Translations under genes and position numbers: made by a program | NCBI GenBank assembly: GCA_051362555.1 | Contig: CM120647.1 | Coordinates: forward strand, 16,592,651-16,656,650 | Direction: 5' to 3' | Length of the DNA: 64,000 nucleotides | DNA from: Lingula anatina | Taxonomy: Eukaryota; Animalia; Brachiopoda | Shown here: positions 47,901-60,285 of the stretch, piece after piece | Layout of the letters: every line of letters begins with the position of its first letter | How positions within the stretch are numbered: position 1 is the stretch's first letter | Notes under the pieces: model-generated | The model's input: only the letters and a program-made list of their open reading frames with translations | Database searches by the model: none | What the model was told of the DNA's origin: nothing

Positions 47901-50900
47901 GTTTTTGTCCGCCCCTTTGTGTGGAACTATACCTATGTGCCCCTGATTCCTGAGAAGCTGCTGACACTGCTGGAGGCTCTAGGTTGTTTTATTATGGGAT
48001 GCCATGCCAGACACAAAGGACTTGTTGAACAGGTAGGGTCCCCTTTTCTCAACTTTTTTAGCAGTCAGTCAAGGTGATAGATGATACAACCTGCCACCTT
48101 TGCCCATTAAGTCAGGTCTGCCCATCCTCCCCCCTCCCTGATTGTTTTATTATGGGTTGCCACACCATGCAGAAGGGGCTCATGGAACAGTATCCATTAC
48201 TTCTACCTTTTTTACAACCAGACTTTGTCAAGGTTTGGGAATGTGACAGTTGTGATAACCCATCATCCATTGGTGTGCTCATTCAGGCAGGTGCTCCGCC
48301 TATTTCTGACTCCCCCCCCCCCTCCCAAGAGTGGTAGATAGAAGTTGGATATAGCTCAGTCCCATCATTCCAGTTTTTTTTTTCTTTTTTGACTCAAGTA
48401 GATAGCCGTAAGCATACAAAATATTGCCTGGTGAAGTACTGTGGGGTATCACTCTACTTCTCAAAATATTTTGATAAAGACATGATTTCTGTTGTGTCTT
48501 TTTTTAGATTGAAGGCATAGTGGCGGTCAATATAGACGATGGGTCGGTGGATGTGTGCAGTACCCTGAATATCCCACAGCTGCCGTTTGCAGCAGAACAG
48601 GATTTTAAGCAGGCAGTGACACAAATGAAACCAAGACTCAACATGGAGATGGCCCAAGTGGAGAGGTCAGTATTTGTTGATTGTGTTAGTTGTGCACTGA
48701 TTTGATTGTTGTTCTGAATATTGTTTTAACCAGAATGCTTCACAACTAAGAGCATCTGCTTATTCCAAATATCTAAGCTTTGTGAAGTTTAGTTTTAAAA
48801 AAAAAGAAAATTACCTTAGATTGAAACAGATTTCTTGGAGTCTAAGTGGCTTATGGTCAAAGGGTACTTATTCTGTAAAAATGAAAGAGATTGAAAAATG
48901 TTTGCAAAATATCAGAATGAAAATAACTAACTTGATGAATAAATAATACTGATATGGTGTCAATGAAAAGCATGTTTAATTTATTTGTTTTAATCCTAGG
49001 GCTTTTCAGTTTATCCTGAGCTCTCTGAGTGATTTTCTAATTGTAATTATGAAAGCATGTTATCAGTAGTTTTTCCTGTCTTCAGACCCTGTCCTGTCAA
49101 CTTGGAGCAGCTGACACACAACAGAGACATGTTCCAGCTCCAGATCAACAAGGACATCCAGGCAGTGTGTCTAGAACTCATGGTGAACCTCTTCAGGTGA
49201 GTAATGTGATAGGTGAGATGAATGTGTTAGGTGTGACATTTTGTAACAATTTGATTGTGTTAGGTGTGACATTTTGTAACAATTTGATTGTGTTAGGTGT
49301 GGCATTGTGCTATTGTTTATTACCTTAGGAATGATGCCATGCATTTATTTTATTGTGTTAGGCGTGGCATTTACTGATTATGGAATGAATGGCATAGTGA
49401 TAGACATGGCATTGTGCTAGGTGTGATATTGTTTTTTTATTGTGTTAGGTTTGGCATTGTGTTAGTTGTGACATTGTTTGATTGTGTTAGGTGTGACTTT
49501 ACATCATCATTTGCATCTACTAGTAGTCATTCTGGAAATCATGGTTAAATATTTCTAGTGAAAGGACTTAGGTGTGCTACGAATTTGTAGTTCGCTTGCC
49601 TATTTTTCTGTTCCTTTTTTCTCCCCCCTTAAATAAGTATGAAGAGTTTTACATGGGTGAAAAGTATTTGCCTGTTTTTCTTGTAAGTGCTGCTTTCTAT
49701 TGAGGCTTAACGGACAGTATGTGTATTTAAACACCATCACTGATTTAATAAGCAATTAATTTTATCAAATTTATTTTATTTATTATTTTTTTTAATTTCA
49801 ATTTTGCATAATTTTAGAGAAGTGAAGAAATATATCAGAGAAGCCAGCAGCTTCTTCAACAAAGATCAGTTCTTGGAAAATCAAAGAGAAGAAGAACTAC
49901 CTTTTTATAGAGAGGTAAGGTCATTAGGTGCAGTTTAAAAAATGTTATCAAAGAATGGTGATTAAGTTTTTTTACTTGACCTTTTCACTTTGAGCAGTAT
50001 GCTTATATGAACCAGACCTTTTGAGAAATTGGCATACAAATACGGCCTTGTTCAGCAAAGCTTTTTTTTTTTTCATGAAGTACCATATTACTATCCAAAA
50101 TTATAAGGTAATTTTAAATGTTATGTAAAAATAACCTTGGATTTAGATCTTTCTCTGAAGCCTCTTCAATTGTCTACTCAGCAGTTGAGCATTTTGTCCA
50201 TAATTCAGGTTGTCTCCACGGAACTTTTCAAGGCCTTTGTCAGATCACGGTTTCAAGGGGCAGACTTTTTCGATGAATTTGAGGACAAGATGAAACTAGC
50301 GACTCGCCAACATGCTGGACCAAAGTTCCAGAACCCAGATGATCAGTAAGTTTTGATTTTGATAGTTGAGAGGGTGAAACATATTGCTGCTTTAGTTTGG
50401 ATAGGGTACAGCAGTTTTGGTACCACGAATGAATTGTGTAACATGATATTGTTTACACATAGTTTATACATTTCAGTAATTTAAAATTTAAAGCATTGTT
50501 TAACACATTGTATTATTGAAAAAGCTATGTAAATTTTATTGTTTTCTTTTAAATTCTTTACATTGTTACAAAATTTGTATTAATATATTTTAAAAAGTGT
50601 CTATATTTTGTTCTTGTCAATTATTATCAGAGTGAGGCCAGGCCAGTTAAAGAAAAGGACCCCCAGTTACAGCAACCTGTTTAGTAGCCCACGGCCCGCG
50701 TGGTCTGGACACACAGGTGCTCTCACCTCCAAGACAGACTACATTGTCTTCCAGCTTCCTAGGTTCAGGTTCGAGTCTGTGGCAGGGTATCACAAAGTGC
50801 TCATGGAGGAGCTGACACGGAGGGAGAAAGTTAGTATTTAGTCAGATGTTTGTGAGTTGTTTTCTATAGGAACAAATTTTGATTGCATTTTGTATTATCT

Positions 50901-53026
50901 TTGCACCTAAAGGCCAAAGGGAATGCAGATTTTCCTTATATATTGAAAATTGCCAGATACTAAATTTAATGTATTTTTTCAGATCTATTACTGGACTTGA
51001 AATTAAGTGTAATTGATGACATTCAGATGAGAAATTTCATTTATGTAATATATGATTCAATGACAATTACTGTTAATATTACTCATAATAGCAATTTAAT
51101 TATTATGAAATGATAACAACTGCTAGAGAAGTTTTGTAATAAGTTATAGTTTTATATTTTCAGTGCTGTAAGCAAGCCAACATGTTCCCAAGGAAGGCAG
51201 TCTACCTGTACTTGAGAGGGGCACTACAGATTGCCTGCGATGAACCAATTCGAGGACTGAGAGATTTTGATGCCATTTGCAAATACAACAAAGCACTCTT
51301 CCCCAGCAAGTAGGTGCAAATATTTTTGAAGATGTACGGGGTTGCTTAGTCTATCACCCTGAGTTTCAAATATGATGCTCTCTTCTGAGAAGTGTATTAA
51401 CCCAGCTATATATTTAAGCTTGTCAATTTTTTATGATGAGCCCTCCCAGTCCATAATAATGGCATTAATAACAACTAACGACAGTAACAATAATGATGGT
51501 GATAACAGTAATAATAAAGATAAAAATAATAGCACTACTGTTATTAATTATTATTTTGTTAGCATTTTAAAAAAATTTTTTGTCTTATTTTTCTTCTTCT
51601 TCTTATTATTATTAAACTGTGCATTGTTCCCAGGCAAGTAGGGAGTGTGATAGCCAGATTAACTCCCACCCAGAAAGAGATCCTGAGCCTCCAGGAGTGG
51701 TACAAGAGATCAGAACAGCTGCAGAGGATTGAGGAGAGCAAGGGGAAACGCGGGGATGACATTGTGATTATCATGGAGTTTGAGAAAATTCCAGAAGACC
51801 CTATTTGTATGTATATTGTTTTTTCTTAATATTATTAATATAGAATTGTTATGGTTTGTAGTGGTTGCTGTAACTGAGTCTATGAGGATAATTAGAGTGT
51901 GTCATTTTAATGCATTGCTATTGCCAATAGGTGAGCCATCAGTGGCCAGCTAGAGTTCTTGTGATATTGTCAGCATGATGAACTCACAGACATTGTCCAG
52001 AACTATGTTCTAATTAGTGTATGTATGAAATTGAGATTATAGTCTCATATAAACTGTATCCATATTGTATTATTATTATTTTTTAAATTTTCTTACAGTT
52101 GTTAACTTAGCATACAATATTATTATATTTCTTTATTTGAAGATATCCAAGACTTCTCCAGCCTGGTGGAATACATGGACATAGCATCTGACCATGACAC
52201 CATTCAGCGGCTGTTTAATGCACTGACTGTCACTTGTCAGGATAACCAGAGTAGGTATAGTTTGCTGGGTGTGGGTGGCTGGTTGTGCTAGGTGAGAATG
52301 GTCATTGTGTTAGGTGAGAATGGTCATTGTGTTAGATGTGACAGCTCATTGTATTGGGTGTGATGGCTAAATGTGCAACCTTGTTATGTAGCATTTCTTG
52401 TTGGGTATTACAGCTTTTGTTAATAACATCTCATTGTAATGGTGATATTACTTGTTCACTTAGTTTTGATTGAGTTTGATGAGGATGACATCCAGTGTGT
52501 GAAGCTGATTATATATTTAAAGAAAGATTACATCTCATATTCTAGTTGAGTGAAAACATTTTCCCATTGTTCTCAGTGTTTCAAGGTAATATTTTTTTCA
52601 ATGGATCCAATATGATAATTATTATAACTGTAAAATAATTCTGTTTCATCTTCAGTGTATACACCCCTGGACCCTGGCACATTTACTGTTTTCTATGAAT
52701 GCTTGAAAGAAAACGAGAGCACTTGCCATGAACCCAAAATTCCCGAGGGATGCCTTGGCGAGAATGAGTGCATTCTGAAAGTATCTCAAATGATTGACAC
52801 CAGGGGGAGTTTTAAAGACGTAGACTCAGGCAACATGGAGGTGTATGGACCTGGGAGACTGATATTGACACAGAGAAGGTAGGCTTGTGTGTGTGTGTGT
52901 GTGTGTAAGTGTGTGTGTGTGTGTGTGTGCATGTGTGTGTGTGTGTGTGTGTGTGAGTGCATGTAAGTGTGTTTGTGTGTGTGTGGGTGCATGGATGCAT
53001 GCATGTCTGTGTACATGTGTGTATGG

Positions 53027-53063
<37 letters not shown>

Positions 53064-56000
53064 TGTGTGTGGAAGACAAATGTTGACACAGAGAAGGAAG
53101 GGAGTGTTATATATTGTATGTGTGTGTAAGTGATTGTGCATGTGCATGTGTGTGTACCCAGTTTAGGAGTAAAAAGCAAATGTGAATTAGACTTTTAGAT
53201 TTTAATGCATAGGGTACAGTTTTAAAGGGATGACAACTGTTTTAAGTTTGGACAACATGAATATATGTTTGAGACCCTTGCCTAAAGGCTAGATCAATGC
53301 ACAAGCTACATTAGTTTTTTCATTGCCTCTATCACCAAAAAAGGGAAAATTATTATATGTCCATTGGTATACATGTGAGGACAAGATATAATATAAAAAA
53401 ATTATTTAAATTTTTTTATGATTTTTTTTGCAGGATAGACATGTTCTTAGCCTCCTGATACTAAAAAGGATATTTTAAAATTTTGTGTAAATATTTACAT
53501 TTTGTTTGCTTTGACCAAAATCTGCTTTTAAGTTATTTTAATTTGAAATGTTTTTTTTTATCTTCTATTTTGTGTACAGGTTGTGCTTCATATGTGAAGG
53601 GACCCACAGATTTTGTGACATAGTTCGACTGCGGGACATCATATGTTTGGAGAAATCTACAGAAGGGTACTCCATATATGGAAAAAGGGAAAATTCTCTG
53701 AAGATTTATTCCAAAGTGATGGGTTGGTAGATGATACTCGAACATTTCTCTTTGACAGTTGTTGAAGTGATGTAATGTTAGAGAACCTGAGACAATATCA
53801 TTTGTGAAGTTGTCAAACTAGAAAAACACACAAAGTGTGCAAATTACTACAAAGGATCTCAGTTTTCATATTTGATTAATAAATAGGATCCCCACCAAAA
53901 TGTTATTGATTCTTAACTAACCCATTTCTGATGTACTGGACAGCCTTTCAAATTTCAAATTCCAGTTTTGAAAAAATATATTTAAATTTGAGGAAATTCC
54001 ACTTTTTAAAATTATAGATACCACCCAGGTTGTATTCACAGCCATATTGAAGGAGGAGCGGAACTACTGGTTCACTCTGATCACTGAGATGTGGTCAGGC
54101 AAGCTGATGTCCGAGGAGTACAAGGACCCGGGTCTGATACAGCAGGCAGCTAAGAATGTGATACTCATTGATGCTGTGATCAAAAGGTAGAATTTTACAG
54201 GGGAAGGACTGAAATGTCACACCTAATGCAATGCACAATATTACATCTAGCACAGTGTCCATTTTCACATCTAACACAATGCATATTATCGCACCTAACA
54301 CAATACACATTTTTATGTACAGACACAGATGTGTCTGTACATATTGCCATCACCTGCGTCTGTCGTCGCCGTCGCCGTCGCCGATCATGTCGCCGTTGCC
54401 GTCGCCGTGCACTTTCAGCGTTAACACCATAAGTGGAAGACAGTTTTACTTTTTGGCTTTATATTTACAGAGCTGACTAATATTCATAAAACGCAGGCCA
54501 AGTTCGAAAATCAGCATGATCGGGCCATTATTGTAGAATTTATGCTGTTTTTTCACTTTTTAGCATATATGCAACACTGTTAACACATTTCAAGGAAAAC
54601 CGATAGGCCTGTTGTCATGAAACTCACAGGAGTAATCAGTCTTAATAAAACGCAGATCAAGTTCGAAAATCGGCATGATCTAGCCTTTATTTTAGTATTT
54701 ATGCTGTTTTTTCACTTTTCAGCATATATGCAACACTGTTAACACATTTCAAGGAAAACCGATAGACCTGTTGTCATGAAACTCACAGAAGTAATCAATC
54801 TTACTAAAACGCAGGTCAAGTTTAAAAATCGGCATGATCGGGCCACTATTTTATTAGTTATGCTGTTTCTTACACTTTTCAGCATATATATGCAACACTG
54901 TAAACACAATATAAGAAAAACAGATGGGCCAATTGTCATGAAAGTCACAGGAGTGGTTAATTTTACTAAAATGCAGGTTGAGTTCGTAAATCAGCATAAT
55001 CGGGCCATTATTTTTGAAGGTATGCTGTTTTTTCACATTTCCTCAGATTCAGTTTTTAGGCATGTTAACAGTCTCATTATTAAACTAATAAGATACGTGA
55101 AAGTGTTTGTTTGACATTTCCTGCATCTTTACAACATTGTTAGTTGATTTTGTAAAAATGATGGTAAACATGTTATCGTGTATTGTGTAATAAAGTTTCA
55201 AAAATGGAAATAAACTCATATCATTGCAGTTTGTCAGATTCAATCATTCACTATGTTCAGAATCTCAGAATGGAAGAAATTGGACATTTAACACTGCTCT
55301 ATTGATATTTTTCTCATCTCATCAATTTTCTTAGTTGATCATATAAAAATGGCAGTAAACTGTTAATTTTATTTTATGTTAAAAATTGTTAAAAATGGGG
55401 GAAAAAACATTTCAGAACAGTGCTGTCTTGTTTACATTTTGGCATTTTCAAGTTGTGACTTTGAAGTTCCATGGGCCTGAAGACCTTTGCTAGTCACATT
55501 TTCTGAATATCCATGATTCTAATATTTTATTATTAAAAATTGATGGTCATTATGCTGTTAAACATTATGTAATATTGCATCAAAATTTGAAAAAACCTAT
55601 TTTGGGCACTGCTCCCATGATTACCTTTTAAGAAAAACCATGTCACTTACTGTGCTTACAGGAAAGAAACATGGGACTAAAATACAGCTTCAGTAGGCAA
55701 TGCAATCTGCCAGTTAAACAGTTTTTTTGTGAAAATTTAATTTTTCACATATATTGGCATTTTCAAGGTGTGACTTTGAAGTTCCACAGGCTTGAAGACC
55801 CAGGCTAGTCACATTTTCTGAAAATCCATGATACATATATTTTGTTATTAAAAATTGATTGTAATTATGCTGTTAACCATTATGTAATATTGTATCAGAA
55901 TAGAAGAAAACACAATGGGTGCTGCTGCCATGATGACCATTATGGGAAAACCATGTTACTAATGATTGCCAAACTTTCAAAAAAGAAATACAGGACTAAA

Positions 56001-59000
56001 ATGCAGCCTGAGTTGGAAAAGCAGTCTAATTGACTTCTTTTTCTGGAAGTTTTACATTTTCAAAGTGTGAACTTGAACTCCCATGGGCCTGAAGCCTTAT
56101 ACTTGTTTCACATTTTACTTACATTGGTATTACCTGTTGAGCATAATTAAAATTTGATGTTGAATTTGCAGTTTAACATAATGTACTTTTGCATCAGAAT
56201 TGACAGTAGCCTATTTTGTTATTTCCTGCTTTTTGTCTGTACATTTGACAGCTTTGCTGCCTTGTTTCTTACTCAATTCACACTTCCCATCCAAGTTAAT
56301 ACACATTTTTATACCAATCACATAAGTATGAATGTCATAACTATAAAAAAAAGACTTTTTCACACCTATTACAATAAGCTGTGTCCCAATTGTCAAATTT
56401 AACATCTAACCTGGATCGACTTACATGTTATATTAATGGTTTTAGCCCTGTTCATTCCATTAAAAGATGTCAGCCTTTTTAGCCTAATAAATGATCAAAT
56501 AGCAAAATAAAATTTAAAGAGAACAGCTTGCTCTTTATTGTTTTGTTAAATTTTATCTCACAAATACTACAGGCTGCACATTTTAAGATAATCACTTAAA
56601 AGTGAAATATCTTTAAATGATTTGTTTAAAACCTAACTCCTTTATGAATGATATATGTAATGTGACAGTATTTTACAATCTTTTGAAATTCTCAGTGGGC
56701 AAGAAGAAACTGTGATGCATCACGAGCAATTGGAGGAGGCAGCCAACAAGTTGTGTTACTTCACTATGCTGAGAGAACAGCAGCAGACGGACTCTGCCCT
56801 GGATGCCAGCTGGAAGAAGACGTCTGGTCTGCTCCAACATCGTGTCAACCCTAACCAGCGAGAGCGCGATAGTCGGGCGGTGGAGGCGCTGTTGTACACT
56901 CCTGGCAGTAAGTCAATTAACTGACGTTTTAGATTTTAATTAGAGTATATTGAGCACAAAATAGTATTACTGTTAAGGAAACAATTCATTTTGTTGAATT
57001 AGTAATGCTATAGACCATGTATTGTAATCAATTTTGCTTGGAATTTAATTTGTGGATGACAAAGACAAGAAGAGCTGCCTGTTCTTAATTTTGAGTACTT
57101 ACTCTCACCTCAAACAATGGTGTTTCCATTTCTCCAGGCCATGTAAGGGATGAGAAGGAGGACAGCACCGTAAAGATAGTTTTTCTTAATTACGATATAC
57201 TGATTGTACAATCTCATCTAACCCAATCGTGTTTCTGTTTCTCTAGGCCATGTAGGTGATGAAGATGAAGACGGCACCCTAAAGAAAGTTGTTCTTAATT
57301 ACGATCATATACTGATTGCACAATCTCATCTAACGCAATGGTGTTTCTATTTCTCCAGGTCGTGTGGGAGATGAGGATGAAGACAGCACACCCAAGCTGT
57401 GGTGTGCTATGGGTAATGGGAAGGTGGAGGTGTATGATGCCAGTACCTGGGTGTTGGAGGCTTCCAACATTAAAGCTAAGGACAGAGTGGTAAGAATGTT
57501 TCACTTAATGATTAAGATTGTTAAATTATTTCAAGGAGTGTGTTTACCCAGTTAGTAATTCTATTTTTAATGAATTGGTTTGGAGTCAGCCAACATTAAT
57601 TAAATTTAAAGGTTACCCACACGGTTGTAAGTCTTAGTGTGTTTCACATAAAAATCAGTGTTTCTCTGATTTTTTTACTTTTTACTTTTAATTACTGTTT
57701 ATTACAGTTTAGTCTAGCTCTGAATTATATAACATATATCTTTATCATTTTTATAAACTTTGTATTTTATGTTGTACAGTCTGTTGAACATTTAATGGAT
57801 TTTAGACTCGAAACATATTATTATATTATTATATTAAAAGTGATATTTTTAATTTATTTTAATGAGTTAAAATGATATGACCTTTTATAGCAGTCACATC
57901 CAGGCATTGGCTTGGTTTCAGCCAATGAATGACAACTAAGAGTGTCTACTTTAACTTTGGTTTGTAACAATGATTGACAGAGTGATCCAATATTTCCCAG
58001 GTGTGTCTGCTGGCAGTGGGAGAGAGTCAGGTGTGGGCGGGGTCATTTGACAGCGTCATCTACGTGATTGACAGGCACAGCAAGCGTGCCAACTCCCAGC
58101 TGGTGGCCCACAGAGACCAGGTGTGTGATCTCACCATTTCTGACGACGGCAGGTGAGAAATAGAAGGCTTTATTTTGTATATATAGTTGTAACTTTCAGC
58201 AACTCTGTATTGCAAGTTCCAAATGGCTTCCCCTCTCCCTTCCCTTGACTCCGCCCATACACAGCTCCTCCGTCCATAGTAAACATTGGTCTGTTTTGCT
58301 TTGATTATGTGTTCCTTTGAGAAAGGTGTTATTCAATGATGAGCACTTTGATAGGATAACAGGTTTCACTATTAATAATGTGGTAATTTATTGTAAACAC
58401 ACAAACTGTCATCCTGTCCTTGCCCTACTGTTGGATATTAGATAATTTCCCCCAAATAACTGCCAGTGGATGTTTAAAGCTAAATAAAATACCTTACTTA
58501 ATCACTAACGGATTTATGAAAAAGCAGTTAAGTATCTTTAAATTTCATTTTTCTAAGTTGAATGAGTATAATTCTAACATTTCTCTTACATGTTGGAGTG
58601 AGGTAATTTAGTTTTCAATAATATATTGTTTTTTTATAGTATGCTAAGCCTAGGTTGGACCTTCAGTTCCTTCATTAAGTGTATTTCACTTCCAGCACGG
58701 TGTATTCTGCCAGCCTAAATGGCCAAATAGTGGTTTGGGATACCTCAACACTCAAAGAGCTGAAACAACTGAGAGTGGATGGAGGAATTAAGGCCATAAC
58801 ATTTTTCCGCGATGAGTTGTGGTGTTTGAAAAGTAAGTGGTCTGAGTTTCATTTTATTGTATTCATTTTTCTTTGTGCAAGAACTCTCTCTCTCTCTTTT
58901 ATGTGGGTTTCTGATCAAGGTTCTCTTACTCATATCTCTCTTTCTTTTGTGGTCCACTCAGTCCAGTTCATATTTTATTTTTCTTCCCATTGAAATATGG

Positions 59001-59398
59001 TTCCACTCAGTTTATATTGATTGTTGATTATTTGCTCTAACCCCAGCTGACAGCTCTCTCTCTGGGGAAGGAAATTTTCTCTTTGGTGTCTGTATATTTG
59101 CAAGCTTTGCTGTCTTATTTTTCTCTAACTCCAGGTCTAACCTTCTCCAACCCCCTTTGCATTGCCCTGTTCTCCATTTTCTTCTTATTTATCTCTCTCT
59201 CTCATGGTCTTGTGCGGCAAGGCAGGTTCAGCATCTCCCATGCCACCCATCTCAACCTTCAGCCCTTTGTTTGACCTCTCCAGAAGTTTCTTTTCCACCA
59301 TTTTCCTTCTTACACCAGTGGTTGAACATTCTCTTTCTTACTCTGCCTCATTTGCCATTCAACCTACCTTCAATGACATCCCCCATTTATTAATTAAT

Positions 59399-59457
<59 letters not shown>

Positions 59458-60122
59458 TTAAATTTTTGTCATTGTTTCAGATTCAGGGGAGTCTATAGCA
59501 GTGATATCAGTGGATGATGGTAAAATGAAGAGAGAACTCACATACCAAGACCAGCAACATAACAGACTGTACAGATTTTCATGTTTTCTTATTGCCAAAG
59601 AAGATGAGAATAATGTAAGTATTGATACTAGTGTTAGTCGACATAATTTATACTCGCTTTTAAGACTTAGTTTTAGCACATTGACAATAATTCTATTTGA
59701 TAAGTTCAAAGACAGCTTGCTACACTTACAGTGCAAAATTAAAATATCCATATATTATGCAAAGCTTAAAATATTGTCTGTTTATAATCCATTTGACAAA
59801 TGAAATGAATATTTCTTCCAATAATTATTACAAATCACGCAGTGGCAGTGTTATTACTATTGGTACATTACCTGCGATGCCTTTAGTCATTGGTTTCCAA
59901 TAAAACTTGTTGTTTCACAAAACAACTTATGCAATATGGCAAGTACACACAACTGAACTTCATTTGTTTCAGCAGACATCCCACAATGCCACAGTGTGGG
60001 TCGGCCATGATGACGTGCCAATGATAACGGTGTGGGATGTGGATAACTTCAAAGAACGCGTCACGTGTCTGGAGGTGGACAAATCCAGGGGTTTTACCAA
60101 GCTCACACAAGTTGGAGACAAT
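41695..60122 (+). CDS. DENND3: DENN domain-containing protein 3-like Rab GEF (uDENN-DENN-dDENN, linker, C-terminal WD40); 3' end beyond window
   Basis: Phase-consistent exons 41695-41778 (MASRLHNSLIDLLVMVGLD), 42352-42545, [43246-43263, 44056-44067 candidate microexons], 45264-45406 (FCFP), 45735-45868 (HFLVLTDITGERSYA), 46213-46367, 46486-46594, 47320-47517, 47892-48032, 48508-48665, 49086-49196, 49818-49914, 50209-50345, 50631-50829, 51164-51309 (YLYLRG), 51634-51806, 52143-52250, 52656-52878, 53580-53722, 54018-54186 (EMWSGK...KDPGLIQQAAKNVILIDAV), 56696-56907 (VEALLYTPG), 57359-57489 (PKLWCAMGNGKVEVYDA), 58001-58152, 58696-58832, 59481-59614 and 59973/59976-60122. Confidence 0.9.
49204..49500. 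repeat. Degenerate TGTGTTAGGTGTGACA minisatellite
   Basis: Multiple copies; the same motif also occurs at 45422-45445, 46009-46095, 52262-52370 and inverted at 54213-54305. Confidence 0.7.
52886..53155. repeat. (GT)n microsatellite region
   Basis: Directly visible; explains the spurious HT/CV-rich ORFs. Confidence 0.95.
54310..56267 (+). mobile_element. Complete Helentron/HINE family A element in DENND3 intron
   Basis: 5' subTIR ATGTACAGACA + palindrome + (GTCGCC)n + ~140-bp tandem units; 3' inverse subTIR TGTCTGTACAT (56234-56244) + hairpin + TT. Confidence 0.8.
57050..57395 (+). repeat. Tandem ~110-bp duplication of a DENND3 acceptor site plus exon start
   Basis: Acceptor-like copies at 57137, 57246 and 57358, each followed by GxCxTGT...GATGA.xAxGAxGACxGCAC. 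Confidence 0.75.
59395..59459. repeat. (ATTT)n microsatellite
   Basis: Directly visible. Confidence 0.9.
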
Positions 60123-60285
60123 GTAAGACCTCTAGTATAATTAAAACATTATGATTAGAGGTAAATCTAAGCTTATGATGTAATGCAGAAACAGTCAAAC
60201 AAACAGCCATAGATGTCACCCTGCAACCATGGCTGCATTGCATTCAATGTGAGGCTGATACTGTATTTTTATTGAATAATTTGAA

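Noticed and set aside
52786-53179. His/Thr- and Cys/Val-rich ORFs
   Set aside because: Translations of a (GT)n microsatellite.
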